From an uncultured Gammaproteobacteria bacterium (GTDB taxonomy: Bacteria > Patescibacteriota > Microgenomatia > Daviesbacterales > UBA10151), in assembly GCA_964522265.1 (NCBI GenBank), contig CAZFVS010000003.1, forward strand, positions 855-17,434: DNA of 16,580 nt. Reading direction: 5' to 3'. Made by a program: the position numbers and the translations under genes. Positions within the stretch are counted from its first letter, which is position 1. The number at the start of each line of letters is the position of its first letter. A model generated the notes under the pieces. The model was not told the DNA's origin, searched no databases, and saw only the letters and a program-made list of their open reading frames with translations. Below are positions 13,532 to 16,580 of this stretch, piece after piece.

Positions 13532-14893
13532 ATGGATTTTAAATTACCTAAGGAAGTATTAAATATTCTAGATAAATTTAAAAAAGCCGATTATCAAATT
13601 TATATTGTCGGCGGGGCGATCCGTGATCTGTTGATGAAAAAAGAGGTAAAAGATTGGGATTTTACCACTGATGCAAAACCGGAGGAGATCTTAAAGATTT
13701 TTCCGGAAGGAGTTTACGGAAATAGATTTGGAACTGTAATCATCCCAGAAAAAAATATTAATTACGATAAAGACCGAGATCAATCACTTTTTGAGATAAC
13801 TACAATGCGCAAAGAAGGAAATTATCGAGATTATCGGCATCCAACTAATGTTGGCTGGACTGATAAAATCGAGGAGGATCTGACAAGGCGGGATTTCACT
13901 ATTAATGCAATCGCCCTAGAGGCTCCGACCCTTAAAATTGTTGATCTTTTCAATGGGCAAAAGGACATAAAAAATAAACTTATAAAAGCTGTTGGAAATC
14001 CTAATCTGAGGTTTGAAGAAGATGCACTGCGGCTCATGCGTGCTATTAGATTTTCAACCCAGCTTGGTTTTGATATTGAAGAAAAAACATTCGCGGCAAT
14101 AAAACAAAACGCAAACCTGATTAAAGAAATTGCCTGGGAAAGAATTAGAGATGAACTTTTCAAAATATTGGCAACTGAAAATTCATATGATGGCATTTTA
14201 AAACTCAGGGAAGCAGGAATATTACAAATTATTCTGCCGGAACTTGAAAAATGTTTCGGTATTATACAGGAAGGACCGAAACATGACAGAATTTATGATA
14301 TAGGCGAACACTGCCTGCTCACCTTAAAACATTGTCCATCTGCCGATCCTCTGGTCAGGTTTGCCGCACTCTTACATGATATCGGCAAACCCGATACTAT
14401 CAAAACCCGTGAGGAGAATGTCACTTTCTATAACCACGAGGTTGTCGGGGGCAGGTTGGTTTTAGATATCGCTGAAAGATTTAACCTTTCAAAAAAACAG
14501 ATCGATAAAATCTACCAGTTAGTACGCTGGCATATGTTTTCTGTTTCAGAAAATCAGACAGATAGCGCTATCCGAAGATTCATTAAAAATATCGGCATTG
14601 AAAACATTGATGATATGATCAACCTCCGTATCGGCGACCGGCTGGGAGGAGGAACAAAAACAGCAGTTTCCTGGAGGATGGCAAAATTCCGGGAAAGAAT
14701 CAATCAGGTTTTACAAAAACCTTTTGCATTATCTGATCTTAAAGTTAACGGCTCAGATGTAATGAATATTTTAAATTTAAAACCAGGGCCTAAAGTTGGT
14801 GAAATTTTACAAAAACTTTTTACAGAAGTCCTGGAGGATTCTGCAAAAAACAAACGGGAATATCTTTTGGAAAAGATTAAATCCTTGGGTTAA
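13532..14893 (+). CDS. cca: CCA-adding enzyme (class II tRNA nucleotidyltransferase) with a C-terminal HD domain
   Basis: Motifs present are GGAIRDLL, DWDFTT, RRDFTINA and EDALRLMRAIRF, plus the HD domain signature LLHDIGKP. The track ORF begins at a GTG at 13514. I call the ATG at 13532 (MDFKLPKEV...) from the promoter geometry. Confidence 0.9.
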   Translation: MDFKLPKEVLNILDKFKKADYQIYIVGGAIRDLLMKKEVKDWDFTTDAKPEEILKIFPEGVYGNRFGTVIIPEKNINYDKDRDQSLFEITTMRKEGNYRDYRHPTNVGWTDKIEEDLTRRDFTINAIALEAPTLKIVDLFNGQKDIKNKLIKAVGNPNLRFEEDALRLMRAIRFSTQLGFDIEEKTFAAIKQNANLIKEIAWERIRDELFKILATENSYDGILKLREAGILQIILPELEKCFGIIQEGPKHDRIYDIGEHCLLTLKHCPSADPLVRFAALLHDIGKPDTIKTREENVTFYNHEVVGGRLVLDIAERFNLSKKQIDKIYQLVRWHMFSVSENQTDSAIRRFIKNIGIENIDDMINLRIGDRLGGGTKTAVSWRMAKFRERINQVLQKPFALSDLKVNGSDVMNILNLKPGPKVGEILQKLFTEVLEDSAKNKREYLLEKIKSLG

Positions 14894-16536
14894 GTTAGCG
14901 ATGAATTATCTGGATGTTTATTCAGTTTGAGGATAAAAGTCAGTTTGTTGGGGTTTGTTTCAATTTTAGAGCTGAAAGAGATACTCAGCTGGTCTATTAT
15001 CGACTTGGCTATAAACCCTTCAAGCCCGCTGCCCAATCTTAGATTTGTCTTATTGGCTAAATTTCCATAATACTGCACAAATAGTTCTTTCAATTCTTCT
15101 TGCGATAAAATAGACGATAATGCTGTAATAGAGATGTCTATACCGGTATTAAATACCAAACCCAAAGATAGTTTAACAGTACGGTCTTTTTGTGCCGATG
15201 CCAGTAAAATTGCCAAATCGAGTAACTTTTTAATCAGAACATCAAACCATTTGCTATTTACCCCAACCATAAAGGGCGATATTACCTGGGCAGCCAAATT
15301 TGAATTCTCCTCTCTCAAATTTATATACGAGGATTCCCCTGCTCCACTATCGGACAACAAAAGCTCTAAATTAACACCCAAACTTCTGGCTAAATCCTGT
15401 TTGTACAAAACCACTCTTTTGCATAGAAGTACAACATCCTCAAAATCATTTTCCTGTTTGATCGGATGGTCTTCCAACTCTTGCGCTATTAATAAGTCAG
15501 CTGCACCTTCTTTTATTAATTCAATCTCTGCCCCAATTCCAACCATATTAATTTTTTCCAGATTTTTTTTAAGGTTTTGGATTAACATATTTTGCCGGGT
15601 ATGTGCTAATTCCAGATCAGAGTGAAGCTTCTTTTGGTAATCGGTTTTCGGGTCTTTGATGACAAAAACTAACTGCCTAACTCTGCGGTCTGGTCCGGTT
15701 ATTGGTTCAACCTCCACCGCAACCTGCCTGGGACTGTTTTTGCCAGTAAAGTAAAAACCACTTATTATCCGGCTGTTATTATCACTCAATACACTTTTAA
15801 TAGATAAGGAGTTAATATTTGCTGGTGCATTATATTTGTCTATCAAAGCAACTCTATCCAGAAAATTTTTATTTATGAATTCACTGCCCGATAAACCGGT
15901 TGCGCTTTCGAAAGCATCGTTTGCTGCAATAATTTTTAAATTTTGGTCGGTAATAACTACTATCTCATTCAAACTTGTCAAAATCGATTTTTCGCGCAGT
16001 ACCCTTAAGTTTAAGCTTTCACCCAGTAATTTTGATAATTTATCCTTTAAATGATATGTCTTCATCAAAGTTTGCGCCAGCGGAATAACTACGATAAATG
16101 AGACAAAATATAACACTGCCGAACCAGGGTCTTCTTTAAAAACTACGTATAATTTTGGGTCTAAAATAATATTTGTAACTAAAATCGCAAGTGAAAAAAC
16201 CAGGAATATAATCGCTGCCCGGACTTCTAATAGAAAACTTGCCCCCAGCGTATAAAAATGCAGTAAAATTAAAAGCGGGCTATACAAACCACCCGAGGAA
16301 ATAACTAAAATTTGGACGAAAGACGAACTCAGCAAGAGTAAAGTAAAACGGGCCAGCATTTTTATTGCTTGATTGGGTTGTTGAGAAAGTAAAAACCGAT
16401 ATGAAAGCAGTAAAATGATTAGAACCCCCAAAATAATCTGCTGCAGGGTTACTATTGGGATTTTATAGTACACTAAAACCAGCGTAAAGACCGATGATAA
16501 TAAAAAACCTAAAATTTCTAAGAAAGTTAAAATCAT
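14890..16536 (-). CDS. Multi-TM (about 6 helices) PAS-domain sensor histidine-kinase-like protein with degenerate catalytic motifs
   Basis: The N-terminus has a hydrophobic helix bundle containing SSGGLYSPLL. A PAS-like block follows (IVVITDQNLKIIAANDAFESATGLSGSEFINKNF). Then comes a DHp-like region with a candidate His (KLHSDLE) and a C-terminal HATPase-like region (ELFVQYYG, LGSGLEGFIAKSII). The N-box and G1-box positions read KLLDLA and ITALSS. Confidence 0.7.
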   Translation of the reverse strand: MILTFLEILGFLLSSVFTLVLVYYKIPIVTLQQIILGVLIILLLSYRFLLSQQPNQAIKMLARFTLLLLSSSFVQILVISSGGLYSPLLILLHFYTLGASFLLEVRAAIIFLVFSLAILVTNIILDPKLYVVFKEDPGSAVLYFVSFIVVIPLAQTLMKTYHLKDKLSKLLGESLNLRVLREKSILTSLNEIVVITDQNLKIIAANDAFESATGLSGSEFINKNFLDRVALIDKYNAPANINSLSIKSVLSDNNSRIISGFYFTGKNSPRQVAVEVEPITGPDRRVRQLVFVIKDPKTDYQKKLHSDLELAHTRQNMLIQNLKKNLEKINMVGIGAEIELIKEGAADLLIAQELEDHPIKQENDFEDVVLLCKRVVLYKQDLARSLGVNLELLLSDSGAGESSYINLREENSNLAAQVISPFMVGVNSKWFDVLIKKLLDLAILLASAQKDRTVKLSLGLVFNTGIDISITALSSILSQEELKELFVQYYGNLANKTNLRLGSGLEGFIAKSIIDQLSISFSSKIETNPNKLTFILKLNKHPDNSSLT

Positions 16537-16580
16537 GTTATCAGTGTCCTAATTTTTCTTCCCAAAACGATAATAGTGCC

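Noticed and set aside
15134-15625. 163-aa plus-strand ORF antisense to the kinase-like gene. Similar antisense ORFs occur at 7800..8159 (+), 8457..8801 (+), 13831..14196 (-) and 12712..12984 (+).
   Set aside because: All of them lie entirely within stronger, homology-supported genes on the other strand. Their composition is Ser/Leu/Ile-biased, as expected from the reverse complement of AT-rich coding sequence, and they have no plausible start signals.
1-16580. Alternative genetic code (UGA recoding), programmed frameshifts, pseudogenes, tRNA/rRNA genes, CRISPR arrays, IS elements or defence systems
   Set aside because: TGA terminates hutI, hutG, recJ and the 338-aa ORF at homology-consistent ends, and all large ORFs are intact in the standard code. 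Intergenic space is at most about 240 bp, and I saw no cloverleaf-like or repeat-spacer structure in it. I saw no transposase, integrase, nuclease/ATPase defence-type or toxin-antitoxin-like genes.

Overview
The window is a compact, gene-dense bacterial chromosome segment of roughly 40% GC by eye. It uses the standard genetic code, and TGA, TAA and TAG all act as stops at homology-consistent gene ends. I found no rRNA, tRNA, CRISPR array, IS element or prophage signature. The content is mostly housekeeping. On the minus strand there is a complete four-gene histidine-utilisation operon, hutG-hutI-hutH-hutU. hutU runs off the left edge and is missing from the supplied ORF track. The other genes are gltX, an uncharacterised membrane-anchored protein, an S11 DD-carboxypeptidase translationally coupled to aspS, a short RelA/SpoT homologue, recJ, the CCA-adding enzyme, and a multi-TM PAS histidine-kinase-like protein. 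Several ORF-track N-termini are over-extended to upstream TTG/GTG codons, and I re-called those starts using homology and promoter geometry. Two small ORFs below the track's size cut-off lie between hutG and gltX. The most interesting region is 10225-10423. It contains a perfect consensus promoter with an operator-like palindrome in its spacer and a near-leaderless 34-codon Leu-rich ORF. It also contains three RNA segments that can form mutually exclusive antiterminator or terminator/SD-masking hairpins directly in front of the rel gene. That rel gene lacks the C-terminal regulatory domains and has a degenerate HD hydrolase motif. Other notable points: -10 boxes sit 6-12 nt from start codons with almost no Shine-Dalgarno sequences, recJ contains an A15 tract, convergent genes overlap with no terminators, hutH has an SSG variant of the MIO triad, and aspS lacks the GAD insertion. 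The streamlined layout is compatible with a reduced-genome lineage such as CPR/Patescibacteria, but that is a low-confidence inference. I see no clear defence, toxin or mobile system here.
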